DNA of 64,000 nt from Owenia fusiformis. Lineage: Eukaryota. Shown here piece by piece: positions 44,130 through 58,539 of this stretch (position 1 is the first letter of the stretch; the number at the start of each line of letters is the position of its first letter). Location of the stretch: assembly GCA_903813345.2 (NCBI GenBank), contig CAIIXF020000001.1, positions 6,634,001 to 6,698,000 of the forward strand, given 5' to 3'. The notes beneath the pieces were generated by a model that saw nothing but the letters and a program-made list of their open reading frames with translations, was not told where the DNA came from and did not search any database. Both the position numbers and the translations under genes were made by a program.

Positions 44130-47100
44130 ATGCCACGTCGGAAAACGGTCAATCCCCAACCATCGCAGGGTAAGTTTTTGTTTATTTTTATCTTGATTCA
44201 TGTGTTAAACAGGACTTGTTTACAATCAGAGTTCATTGCACCAGCTACATATGTACCTCATTTACACTATTACAACTGTTATTTGGATGAATTCTTGATA
44301 ATTTTGGAGAAAACATAACTGTTTTGATGGGGAACCCCTATGCATAATGTTGTTCCTAATTATGGAAGTGAGCTCATTTGACCTACTTTCCCTTCCTCGG
44401 CTAAATTCACATTATACACACGTTTCTGCCCTGGTTAAGCGTTGATATTTCACAAATTGATGCAACAGTATACATACTACAAATTATGATGCATACATAA
44501 TGGTGTACCACACAATTTTAGACTTAAATTAATGCAAAGTATGTATGTTTGACAGAGGGAAAATGGCGAATCCTACATGACGTCACGTAGTTTGAAGTAA
44601 TATGTATGGCTTGCCAATCCGGAATATACTTAGGTACATTAGTGTATTCTATGTCAATGTCATTCTCAGAGACAATATTATATGTCGCTGATACAATGAT
44701 ATTGATATGTACTTATAAATATTTATTCTACCATTTCAACCAATGATACAATGGTAATATTGATATGTACTTATAATAATATTTATTCTACCATTTCAAC
44801 CAATGACCTAAGTTACCAGCCAATCCATACATGTACATGTTATGAGTTTTAATTTTCATACTGCTGTAGGCATAAGAACATTGCAGTCAGATTCATAATT
44901 TCATTAACAACTTTGAATCTAAAAATAAGCACATTGCAACAGTATATGAAAAAAGAATAATATATACAAGGCCTAACTTGCATTTCAATATTTCTCCCTC
45001 CCTTTTGGTTTAGATTGATTTTATGGTGTTTTGTAATTTTTTATACACTATGTGGTCATTTTGTTATCATATGCTACGACCTCACTTTTGTTTGATATAA
45101 GTCCTGGAATTGGAAAAGTCATTTTGTATATATTTAAATTTTTTTATTTGTTTGTTTATTTGGATTTTCACTTGAACATCAGTAGTACACTATGAATTAA
45201 TATTATATGCACCATGGTTAAAACTGACTTTAAACACTGTAAGACATAAATCTGAATGTGCTAATTTATATATATTAAAAACAGATTTTGTCTTTTAGAT
45301 ACTGATAGGACTTTTAATCATGTGATTGCAGATGACATACAAGAAGAAATAATAATAGAAATGGATGACAGTTCAACAAACATGGAAATCTCTGCATCTA
45401 ATGGTAAAAAGTTCATGTTGTGCTTATAATGAATTGTAATCATATGACCAAGGCCACAGGAAAAGAGGTCTTATCTCAGATTTTTTAAAAATCATAAAGA
45501 GACCTTTCAAATGAGCCATGGCTTATGTCTTAACAATTTTTCCTTGCATATGCTATAGACCAAAGAGACAGATTTGAATTTAGCATATTTTCCAAGACTG
45601 CAGATAGTTTCCTATAGCAATTAATGATACAATATGTCAATAATAGTTATATATATAATCAGTCTGCTCTATGTTAGATTCCTCAAAAAGTCATCAACAG
45701 AAAGTACATAAATAAAATGATTTATGTATTGTACCTGAGGTCAATGAGTATATTGTAAAATATGTGTTCTGATTGTTAGTTTGATATTAATATATATTTA
45801 AATATTTGTAATTGCATTTTGAATTTAATTTCGCATACTGTGTCAGGAATATGGAACAGTAACCATTTTTTATGTTATCACCGAGGAAGAAAAATTATTA
45901 TACAATTGTGAGGATTGAGGATAAAAAGGTAAAGACCCAACACACACATGATTGGCCTCTTATAAATATAGGACACTGGGCAGGGAAAGAAATCATACGA
46001 TTCACATTTTTTATATTTTTGTTACAGATGAGACTGAGCCCACAGTGACAAGCCAGGTGTCTTCCAGAGGCAGAAAAGGTAAGGTATTAAACATACATGT
46101 ATATTAAATTACCGTAAGGACAGCGTATACAGAACTACTAGAATGCATTTGGTACTTTTACTTAAATAACTGAATTTCAATTGATACCTAGAATCACAAC
46201 AGAGATTTCAACTTTTGATATTTATACATGATTCATTACCTTAATTTATTAAGCTGAAGAGCTTCACTACAGGAATACAATTTGATTTGAATTAAAGTAT
46301 GAACTTTGTTCAAATAGAATTTGAAGCATTAATTTTGCTTTTATCTTTACAGCAAGTGAGATAGCCAAAACAGAGAGCAAGCCACAGAAGAAGAATGTCA
46401 TAGAACCAACAGAAAAGAGATTGAGGTTGGAAACTGAATTTGTGAAGGATGAGGAGAGTGTTACAGTAGATGATACTCTAGTGGAGATTGAACAGCCACG
46501 TGAGAGCGAGACACTTGAAGCTGTTCCATCAAGTAGCAAGACTGCAGATAATAGGAATCTCTCTCTGGAGGCCTTATTCAACATAACAGATGCTGAACTA
46601 AAGAAAATAGCTGATAACAAGAAGGAAAATGTTAACAAACCAAATGATGGGGTAAAGTTAACCAATGAAACAAATCAGCCAGTAATCGGTAATATGGGTG
46701 TAAAGATTGTCTATCCCCATGGAGTGAGTACTTTCCCGCACCCTGTTAAACTCACCTATGGAGATGGGGTTATTGTAACAGCAGTGCCTGAGAAAGGAGG
46801 TAATATTGTAACTGGTTCTCAAACCCATAATATAATAGCAGTACAGCCAGAAGTCAAGGGAGCTAATGTAGGGAGACCTAGAAAACATCCTCAAAAACCA
46901 GGGAAGCATATCTGCCCATATTGCTCCCGTGGCTGTGCTAAACCCAGTGTTCTTGAGAAACATGTCCGTGCACATACAGGTGAAAGACCATTCCCGTGTA
47001 AAGCATGTGGGTTCTCTTTTAAAACTAAGAGCAACCTTTACAAACATTGTAAATCAAGAGCACATGCTATAAAGGCTGGTCTTGTGTCCCAGCAACCAAT

Positions 47101-50100
47101 AAGCTCAACAGGAGAATATGTTGTTTTACCCATGGTCTCTGATAATCAAGAAACTGACAGTGATGAAGGAGTGAGTGACACAGTTGAGGTACAAAATGAA
47201 GATGCTGCCACCAGCAAAGATAACCTCATAGATAATAATAAAGTTAATGAAGTAGAACAGGTTCAAGTAGAGGTATCTGAAATGGACAATAAATTGACCC
47301 AGAACCAAATTATCCTTGAAGAACCTGTAAAAAGTATTCAAGGTGGAAGGATTTATTTAACAGATCAACAATTCTATGATATCTCCTATGTGAATCAAAA
47401 TTACACAGACTCCGAAAATGATGTACAAGAAGTAGTTCTACAAGAGGACTTGCCTCAAATGAAAGTACCACCACCTAAGGCCCAGAGTCTACCAACTGTA
47501 GCAAAGCTACTACAAGAGAGAGCAAAGCAGGATGAAATCACTACAGCTAACCCTACTTTACCCCAGAGTGTACCAACTGTAGCAAAGCTACTTCAAGATA
47601 GAGCAAAGCAGAATGAAATCACGACAGCTAACCCTACTTTATATAATTCAGATAATGGAACACAGAGCCAGAAACATATCAGTAGCAAGGTAGAGAATAT
47701 ATCTGACAACAGCATGAAGATAACACTACAGCTTGTCCAGGGTGAAGATGATGCCACTAAAAATAGCTTGCCTCAAGGCAGTGGAGATCAAACCCCAGTG
47801 AATCCCGATGTGATCCGTGATCGTATCTCTACACTGATTTCAAGAAATTCTGCCATTGTTGATATTCCTATGGCTGAAGCTCCTCGTTCAAAACGTTATT
47901 CACGTCAGAACAGTGATGTTAAAATGATAGAGTTACAGCAGCCAAGTACATCACAGGTCCTCCAGTTACAAAAAACAGGGAACATACAACTTCAACAAGT
48001 TCAACAAGACACCTCTAAATCCCAGGTGCATTTTTTGTCCCAGGCCGAGCCGACAGACCAGCCACCAGGGCTCCAGCTCTCGAATTTATATACGAGGACA
48101 GTGATACCATCTACGTCATCCAGTCCCCTCCAGAATCAAACTGACCATGCTGTTACAGTCGATTGTGAATCAAAGGAGATCAAGATCCACTTCAAACTGC
48201 CTAAGCCAGATGAAATTCAGACAGGTGATCAGCAAGAGGATATCTACAGCTTGCATAATCCAGAAGGAAGTGTCATCAAGGATCTGCTTTTGAAGAGTAG
48301 GCCAAGAGTGGTGTCTACTGTACAGAAAACATATGTAGAATCACCTGTTAAGGCAACCTCTACCCCTGCCCAAAATATACCCCCATCAGCCTTGGATACT
48401 ACTAATGTAGAACACTTGTATGGTCCTTATCTATGTGGTACTTGTAACAATTCTTTCAAAGAGGAAAATCATCTGGAGCTTCATCAGCAATATTACTGTA
48501 ATCCAACAGGACTTGATTCCCATGTTGTTGATGCTGGTGGGGATAATGTCCCAACTGTTGAAGAGTTCCCTACCATCACTGCTGGTACATCTCCTGAGGA
48601 GCGAGAGAAAATAACAAAGATGCTCGGTGATACAAGCAGTACAAACAAAGGAAGTCGCAAACGTAGAGAATCAGAACCAGCATCTATAGTAGTGGCCGCT
48701 TCTCCACAGAAGAAACAGAGGAAAAGCAGATTTACTACTATTGCCATGAAGAGTGGAATTGAAAGACAGATGAGTGCACCAACTACTGAACTCCATTCTG
48801 TGCTAGTTAATAAGCCATTCAATGATGATGTTTTAAATGAGGAAATCGTACCAACCACACCAACGACCAGTAACAAGTCATTGAAGATGAAATTAAAGGG
48901 CCATCTATTATTAAAGCGATCCCAGAGCATGGACATGGCTAAAATTGATGAATCTGTTAAAGAAGAAACAACAACCAACCTTGCTGATTCAGTTGCGAAT
49001 GAGGTCAGTGTCTATACAACTGACGACAAAGAATTCCAAATTGTTGGTGATTTAGCAGATGACGAATATGTGATCATTGAAGAAAATGATGAAGTCCCTG
49101 ATAATGCCAATGATTTACTCACAAGGGCTGGACTGTATGACTCCAGGGCACATGTTAATGTACTTCAACGTTTGATACCAAACATGCAAAGTCTACAGCT
49201 GTGTAAGAAACCCAACAAGGAGTTAGCACCTATTAAGTTAGCTTCTCTGATAAGATCACCAGATATGGCCACAATGGCCCCACTTCTTCAGGTGAACCAT
49301 ATAGGAGACCTGCCTTCAGACTCCACACAGCTGTATGTTGTCACAAGAATGACTGAGAAACTTGAAGATGATGCATTTAATGCCCATCTTAGGAAAATAG
49401 GGCGAGCTGCCATGCACAGATCTTTTTCTATGAATGATGCAGCATATGTACAACCAAATACAAAATCACCTATTGGACCACCCAGAATGATAACACCAGA
49501 TGTCCATAGCCCATCAACAAATAAACCATTATCTGGGTTGGATTTGTTAGCTCTTCAACCAGTTAGCAAATTACTGAATGCCCAATCCCCTTCCACGAAG
49601 AACAAAGCTACAGCAATGATGTTAGGGCACTCTCATCCAAGCCTCAAGAATGATACACATGTTTCATTCTGCTGTGTGAAGAAACTCCAACCAATGTATG
49701 TGCGCCAGGGTGTGTATAGGAAAATTTCAATGTATTCAAATTGGAGGGTGGCTCCCCACAATCTTGACCCAGAGTGGCTGACATCCCGAATGCAGTTATC
49801 CCTTTATAAGACATCAACATCAAAGTACAACAGCAATTCACTCATTTCCAATCTCTCTGCCAAGAATACATGTGGAACATTGACACATTCAAGTTATTGG
49901 AACTACTATAACAAGCTTCAACAGATCAAACCATCTGATGGAAAAACAAAGGATAATTATACAATCAAAAAGCTCCCCATAGATATAAAAGTTTCAACTG
50001 AAGAGAAGGATATATCTCACATAAATGCAGAGGCTACTGCTTTAGAAAGTAGGGTGAAGCTGAGACAGGTCCTGAAGGAGAAACAGCCCAAGCGAGAGAA

Positions 50101-53100
50101 GATATTCCAGGGAGGATTCAAGAGTACTGAGGAGTATATATACGTGAGAGGCCGGGGTAGAGGTAAATATGTCTGTGAGGAATGTGGGATTAGGTGTAAG
50201 AAACCAAGCATGTTAAAGAAGCATCTTAGAACACACACTGATCTAAGACCTTACCACTGCCAACACTGCAAGTTCTCATTCAAAACCAAGGGGAACCTGA
50301 CCAAACACATGAAGTCTAAAGCTCACTATAGGAAATGCTTTGAGATTGGTGTGCGCCCTATACCAACCAATGTGGAGGATTACCAGATAGACCAGATGGC
50401 TCTAGCAAGGCAGCAGCACCTATATGCCCAGGCCCAGCTAGCTGATGAGGCAGGGGAAGATGCTGGCTCTGATAATGAAGATGGCGATGGAGAAGATTCA
50501 GATGGCAATGAGAGCTATGAACTTGTCATGGATGTTGATGAACTAGATCAAGGGTAAGTGATCAATTTAACTAAGAATGTAGCCAATAGTTTTATCAAAA
50601 CTTCCTACAAAATTTAGACAATTTTCACAATTTAAGCTATTATGAACCATCTAAAAAAACATTTGAGATTCAAAGGCAGTACAAAGCGCCACAATTCCTA
50701 TGTATTCCTTGTATAGACATGCGATGACTATGTTTCGGTATGTGAAGAGGGTCTGTTGAAAAAAATCTACTTGTTTTTTCATTGAAGTAATTTTGTTAAG
50801 ACGAGGAAGTAAAAACTATTGAAATAGCATGGGTGAGATGCCATTTCAGTGTCCAAAGCTTATATGAAGAAGGGTTGGAGTATGTTCTTCAAGAAATTAC
50901 TTTCAAGAAAAAACATTGATATTTTGAGACAGCCCTACAATTTATGTATTGACTCTAAAAATCAATATCTTGACTCTAAAAATCTATGTCTTGACTCTAA
51001 AAATCTATGTCTTGACTCTGGTGTCTTGTTTTAGAGATGAAGCTTTAACTTCTGACCCCAATCTGCAGCCTAAACAGATCAAGATAATACAAACTAAGTA
51101 AGTTTTCAAATAATTTTTGCCTTGTCTTACTCAAGTACAACCTTTCATTAAACAGTACATTGTACAGTATATTCAGCAGATGCCCAAAAGGCCTCAAGAA
51201 AAGTAAATGCAAAATTTGGCCTGACAATAGATTAATTTCTGGATTTTACTTAAAATGGATTGAATAAATGAAGTGAAATGCATGGTTGATGAGAATCATT
51301 AAGAAGTATTCACACCCTGATTATCATTGCAACTGTATTGTTGTTTCAATACTCTGATAATACTGATCTAGTTTTAACACATCATTGTTTGATTGGGGTA
51401 TTATGGATGCTACACATTGGATGGGGGGGTGCAATCTCACCCTGGTTACAGTCATGCACATTTTTAATATAATTGTAAAATCATATTGAACACTGATAAA
51501 TGCTGCAGTGTCTAAGCTTCAGAAAGACTTCTTGTATATATACAGTAGCTCCATAATGTATCACTTAGAATACTTTTTTCTTACTACAGCACATTTTCAT
51601 TTCAGAGGGTCACAAGACCATGTTACATACATAAATGTCAGTGACTTGGCAACTGAAGATGGAGCACTGTCCAATTTGATCACTGCAAGGCCTATAACAT
51701 ACAGTGGACCCCCCTCTTCACAGTGAGTAACAAAATTACATACTTTGAATACCAATAATGTCTGTCTAAAATAGGTTTAGTTGTACAATCGATTCCAGAC
51801 ATGAGTTTTTACAAAATATTTACATGGTAGAATGCACTGATCAGTTTGAGCAAATTAAACTGTTATTTCATACATTATGCAGTTTCTGCCAGTTTTGGAA
51901 TTTTCCAAATAAACTCGTCCATAGGAAGAAAAATAGTATGTGTACAATGGAAAACTAAAACCATTCAAGTTAAAATAAAATGTTGAATTTCATACCATTG
52001 CCATTTGATTTTGCTTCTTTAAATGTACTCTTAACCTCAGGGTTGGAATTTCATGATGTACTGCCCTCTTATTTCATTCCTATTTTGCTGTATATAACTT
52101 CAGGGAGAAAGTAAAGGTCCAGCTGGTGTTTGATAAAGGTTCCACAGCAGAAATGTTACGCCAAGTCTCACAAAATACAGGTACATGTACACCCTCGAGT
52201 AGATTCATGTTGTACTCTTTTTACATTATGAGCCTTCATTGTACAGTTCCTTTGTAATTATGATTAGCATTATGAATGGATGTTCATTTGTAAAATTATA
52301 ATAGAATACATTTCTAATACAATACAGTTCTAATACAAGCCTTATAAATAATTTATCTTAAATAAACCATAGAAATAAATGTAATACAATCCTAGAATTA
52401 TAAAAATGTTGTATAAGACATCAGAGCTGTGAGACATCAGAACATGTTCACTCAAAAGTTATTGAAAATGAAAAGCTCTTAATCAGACTTTTTGAAAGAT
52501 TTTGTAATATGCTTTAGATGACTCTGGTGCAGCAGGACCAGATGAAGTAGCGATGGCACGTACCTTGCTAGATCTCTCCCAGGGAGGCCAGGGGTCACAG
52601 GGTGGTAAGAGACGTCATCAGTTAGCAAGGCACCAGAGTGCCCCCACAGGAGCTGATACAGCAGAAGGTAGAAAATTTTATATCTCAAAATTTAATTGCA
52701 TATTGCTTTATTAAAGCATTGTAAACCTAAAATGAAGGTTGGTTTCAGAAGATAAAATTGTTCGTATTGTAATTTATGAAGAGGTGTCCACATTGCAAAA
52801 CGTTAGACCTATTAGAGAAATTCAATTAATCAGTCATATGCCTAGAATATTTTTGATGGATTTGAAGTACAGGAACACCTGTATATCATCACCATCATTT
52901 AATTCTTAAAGGTGGCAGCAGATTAAAATCACTAATTGGGGAACTGATATCTCGTACTAAGGATGGTGAGCAAGGCCAAGAAGGTGAGGAACAAATGGCA
53001 AGTTCAAACAAACCTGAGTACAAGATGAAGTCATTTCAGCAGTTTGATGGTGACAAGTTTGAACAGCATGCTGGAGTAACAGAGATCACTATTGGTGATG

Positions 53101-56100
53101 ATGACAGCGCCACTATTCTGGATAAGGTATTTAATGCATTCAAGCTTCAATGGGGGGAGGGGGGGGGGGGCTGGGTTCTATACATGTGCAGTATCCTATT
53201 ATTGAATCCGTCCACTTTTTTAAAATCATGAAGACATTTCAAAAGAGGCTCTGGATGAATAGTACAAAGGGCAATATAGTGAAATATTGGACCAAGGGCC
53301 GCAGGCCCAAGGTCCAATATTTCACTATTTTGCCCGCAGAAATGACGTTATTACTATTATTACCACCGTTAATGCCCAGGGCTGAAATAGCAAATTTGAA
53401 ATAGAAAATCTTACGCACTGAACGATATCACTTTTCCCGGGAAACATAGCTGGGCGGATAATGTCATTATTGCCCGACTAAAGTCATTAATGCCCGACAC
53501 AATATTGCTCACGTCAATATAGCAATTTAAATGCCTTCTCAACTAGTACTAAAACCCCTAGAACAGGCCCTGCAAGGTGGTAATAATAAGAAATAAGAAA
53601 AAACAAGTTTGTTTACACTGTTTTAGGTTTCCATCAAAATTGACACAAGAGCTTTGAAGTCTCTTGAATAATGCAATTAAAGAACAATAGAAACTAGACA
53701 TGAATGAAAAATACAGTGAAATCTGTCAAGACTAGATCACATTTAAGCCAATTATGTCATACATAGGAGACACTCCGTCTGTGAATGGTCTGAGACAATG
53801 TTAATTTTCTTTGATTAAAGTAAGAACATGTATAAATGTGACTAATAAAGAAAGACAAGACAAAGAACATATAATATCAATCACAGATGCATTGAAGCCA
53901 TTAAATGTATCTGTAATAGTAACTGGAATAGTCAGAACATTGTCAATAATCAAGGATACACTATGAATCGGAAACGTTTAAAGGTAAACCCAGCGACACA
54001 TCTTTGTAATTTTATAATAATTTATGAAACAATTTAATTTCAAACTTGCGTGGTAAAGTGTATATACTGTAGACTTTTCAACAATGGGTGTTGGTTATTA
54101 AAAGATTATTTTCAATATGGAGCATTCATTCATTCAATGGCTGGAATTTATGTAGAAAACAGTTCCTCTTTATGTTAATTTAGTTGAGACTTACATCCAG
54201 TTTAAAATATTGTGTTTCAGGTTGGGCATCATAATGCTCCAAAGTCTAGCGTGATAATGGCAACCAGTGTCCAGAAGTCGACCAAACCTCAATTAGCGTC
54301 AGCCTCTGATGTTCAGGTCTGCCCAAATCTCTTTCCCCGTCCTAAGTCTACTGGGTCAACCACATATGAGCAGAAAATTCGAGCTTTACTCACTGCGAAC
54401 CAGGATGCCCTAAAGGATGGCTCCAATGAAATTAGTGGAACTACAGTCACATCTATGGATATACAACCTGTTGTGTCAAAACCTGGCAGGAATACTGGTC
54501 CAATAGTGGGCCAGTTGATCAGGAGTGAGGAGAAGGAAATCAAAAAGCAACCAGCCGGCGCAAGGACTCCTGTGTTTCAGTTCAACCATCCATTCTTACC
54601 TGGAAACAACAAGAATGAGTTCACTTCTAAAGGACCTAAAACACCAGTTAAAGTGAAGCATACTCCACAGTTTGAGACTCCTGTGAAGGAGACTAAGTCT
54701 AATAACATTCTTTACATAAAGAGTGACACTCCTGTGAAGGAGACTCAATCTCCTAGTGTTATATATATCCAAGGTGAAGCTCCAGTTAAGGAGACTAAGT
54801 CTCTCGATGATGGCCATTCAACACCTCTCCAGACAAATATTGATAAAGAAGAGAGTGATGCCATTCGACCATCCAGTCTGAACATAATGCTACCAGTCAC
54901 TATTAACATTGCCCCTAACACTCAGGCAGACCCTGCTCCAATCAACTTATCAGGTAAGAATGACCCACCTGACACTCTGGAAGCAAGCAGCGCAAATAAA
55001 GGGCCTCAGTTGGTCATTACCCCAAGCAGCTCTGCAGGAGGAAAACCCAACGTGAAGTTGGTATCACCAACAATCAACTCCCCTAGCAGTCCTAAGATTA
55101 GCATTCAGACTTCACAGGGAACTATATTTCAGTCACAACAGCAGGTGTTTTTTGTTACAAGTGAAAACCGAGCCCCGTTTGAAATCATGCCCATACCAGG
55201 AAAAGTAGCAGATTCTACGCCATATATGATTGGGAAGAAATACGAATGTGATATATGCGATAAACAATTTAACCAACAGCATCAGCTTACCTTGCATAAA
55301 AATATACATTACTTTGAGAAAACTTATAAATGTGAAGACTGCAACATGAGCTTCAAAAGTCTTGGTTTGTTAGCCAAACACGAAAGATCTCTTAGTCATT
55401 TTGCCAGGCAAGGACAAGTAATCCAGTCACAGCAGCCTGTACCCACCTCAGATAATCCCAGACCCTTCAGGTGTGAAGATTGTGATAAAGATTTCCGTAT
55501 ACAAGGACATTTAGCGAAACATTTCCGTTCCAAAATGCACTTGATGAGCTTGGAGCGACTAGATAAGATCCCAGCTGGGCATCTCTGTGATATTGACCCA
55601 ATGGGTGTAGATGCCACAGATTGTGATACTGCATTAAGCAGTATACTTGAGATGATTAGCCACATGGATGATACCACTGGCCAGCTTAGATCAACTATTA
55701 TTAAAGAAGATGATGTAGAAGATATGGAAGTTGATACTGTTGAAGAGTCTTACAACCAAACACACAATATTAGCCCACACACAGTATCAGAGCCTCAAAT
55801 AATTGTCATCCAACCTCCCAATAATGGAGATGAAACAAACGCATATATCCCACCCTCTATAAATGTCCAAAATATGACCTCATTGGTATCAGATAGTCCT
55901 ACTGCAGCGATTGATGACATTCAGGAGAGAACGTGTTATGTCTGTAATAGAGTATTCAAGAATGCTAGCTTTGTTCAGACTCATATTCTCACAGAACACG
56001 GCACTTTGGAAAAGGATCCTAACTCTAGGCTGTTCCAGTGTCCACATCCTGGCTGCTACAAGGAATATGACAGCAAAGAGTCATTCAAGTATCACATAGG

Positions 56101-58539
56101 TATGTTACATTCCATCCATGTACAGTAAAATCTCTCTAATCTAAACGCCACTTGGACCAAATCAAAATGTTCAGATTTGCTGGTGTACACGTTGAATCTT
56201 TTTTCTATGTATGAATTATTATTGCAAGCTCCGGTATTTACAACCTACTGTACATAAATGTTGTTTAGTTCAGTGAATGAAATGATTAAACTTATTTCAT
56301 CTTAGTATTGAAGTGGCTGCAAATAATTCAGTGTAAAATCTTGGGATCTTCAAAGAACTTGTGATGGAAAATGGTGATGAGCAACATTTTTTTTCAATAT
56401 TTAGAAAGTTAACGGTACTCCAGTCTCGTTTCTAGTCTTTTGTTCCCATTTAAAGTCCTAATTTGGTTGGTTGACAATTCACCTTTGAAAATTTCTCATT
56501 AGAAAACTTCAGTGTTCCTAGCAAAACTTACTTTTCATTGCCCTAGTATACTCCCAGATTGAAGATGTATTGATAAGTACTCAATTTTTTAATTGGACAC
56601 AAAAACACCCCAAATGGGGCACATCAGAGCTTACAATAAATTATCAAAAATTTTGATCTGTGAATCTGAGTTTTCCAATATCAAATAAAGTATATTCATA
56701 TCATGTGATTCAACCATTTGTTAAATATATATGTATTATGTGCCATCTTTTCAAGTGATTTAAAAATACCCGAGTGAACAATGTGCAAGTGCTGCTAAAC
56801 ATCTCTGAACTTCTATTTGATTGATTTATTTCTCACCTCAATCACTTCAATATTTACAAAAATGTTTCATTGTCTAATACTTATGCGTAGAGTTTTGATG
56901 AAAGATCACGCATGAAGTGTTTTTAACCCAGAATCACTGATGTGACACTACACTGTTTTTTCAAGGAATAGAAACCTATAGAATAAATTGTGAAATTTCT
57001 CATAAAACTGTAAAGAATTGAATCCTCATGAAGATCAGAAACTATTTGTTAGAAAGTTTATTAAAAAATTCTGATGAAAACATAGAAAATGCATTCACAC
57101 TATAATATGAAAAAATAAAACAATGCTAATTCTCAGCTTATATTTCAGGTTCCCATGCAGTGAAGCGTGATGCTAAACCAAACTCTCACAGCTGCCATAT
57201 ATGTGACAAGTCCTTCAAGACAATTAATATGTTGAAGGTAACTATACGATATTTAGAAATCTTTTAATATGTTGAAGGTAACTGCACAATATTTAGAAAT
57301 CTTTTAATATGTTGAAGGTAACTGCAAAATATTTAGAAATCTTTTAATATGTTGAAGGTAACTACACAATATTTAGAAATCTTTTAATATGTTGAAGGTA
57401 ACTACACAATATTTAGAAATCTTTTTTCATGAAAGGATTTATAGAAACCAAGTTTTTACAGTTTTATGAAAAATGAAAAATTAAATTGTGTAATATGGAT
57501 ACCATACATCCTCTTAATGAATATACCTTTTAGCTGATGGTGACTGGCTTAAAAAGGAGTTTCATTGATGTTCTCGTGCTAACATTAAGAATAGTTGACC
57601 TTGAACTGAATAGTCCTATAATAGTACATGTACTCTAATTAGATACTGTAGTCATGTGTGTTTGATATTATGTTTGGATATTTCCAGCAACATATCGCAG
57701 GGCATGCCAATACCCGGCCATTTGTCTGTGAATACTGTGACGCTGGTTTCACCACTGCACAGGCCCTGAAACTGCATAAACGCACACACACCCAGGTAAG
57801 TTAAACATCATGGTTAGATTTTGATGCTAAATGAGGTAATTATCGAAGTAACACATGCCTATTGACATACAGATTTGCATAATTTTGCACCACCGTTACA
57901 TGGCAGTTTTAGTTGCAAACTAATTTGATGTTTTAGAGTGTCACTTTTGCCAAAATTATACTAGATAGTAAACCATGCAGTTACCTCTAATAACATATTT
58001 TTATTCCATTTTATCAACACTTGGTTCATGTTCACATATTCCAGGAGCGCCCCTATGTATGTGGTCTGTGTGGAGATACATTTGCAAGGTCCGACCACCA
58101 GAAACAACATATGAAAACCCACAAAGATGATAACCAACCCCCCACAGCAAACACACCAGTTGAAGCTAGTCCACCTGGCTCTGAAGCTTGCCAGAATACC
58201 ACAGCAGGTGCACCTACATGTATAATAGTACCCTCTGAGCTTGAACAGCCCAGCACCAGCATGGTGCCTCAAACTCAAACACCTCCTCGATCCATTATAG
58301 AGACTGATAGTGCAGGTGTTGAACAAGAGATATTGGTTCCAATGGCTGCATTGGATTCATTAGGTTTAACCCTCCAGGAGTTCACAGAGTCGATTGTCTC
58401 TGGCAAGATTAATGTGCGTAAATCAAAGGTGAATGTGAGCAGAATGATAAACAGTGACACTCCTGGAGAACAGCAGACTAATACTGTAATATATGTTGAC
58501 AGTGAGAAAGGCACCCAGGCATTTTATGTTGATGAATGA
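44130..58539 (+). CDS. shn: Schnurri / HIVEP (ZAS family) zinc-finger transcription factor, ~2508 aa, 13 zinc fingers
   Basis: Exons 44130-44169, 45299-45403, 46028-46078, 46353-50553, 51606-51722, 52104-52180, 52518-52667, 52912-53126, 54221-56099, 57149-57237, 57688-57795, 58045-58539 total 7527 nt in frame. Diagnostic motifs: KPGKHICPYCSRGCAKPSVLEKHVRAHTGERPFPC..CGFSFKTKSNLYKHCKSRAH; a C2HC finger ending HQQYYC; GGFKSTEEYIYVRGRGRGKYVCEECGIRCKKPSMLKKH...KTKGNLTKHMKSKAH plus an acidic tract; a C-terminal triplet ending PRPFRC..C...FRIQGHLAKHFRSKMH. The small N-terminal exons are less certain than the large ones. Confidence 0.93.
57224..57423 (+). repeat. 40-bp tandem repeat x5 spanning a schnurri exon/intron junction
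   Basis: TTAATATGTTGAAG|GTAACT...ATTTAGAAATCTT starts at 57224, 57264, 57304, 57344 and 57384. Confidence 0.95.

Noticed and set aside
46267..58514. Minus-strand ORFs overlapping schnurri exons as antisense genes
   Set aside because: Shadow ORFs of long coding exons, with no domains or supporting splice signals.
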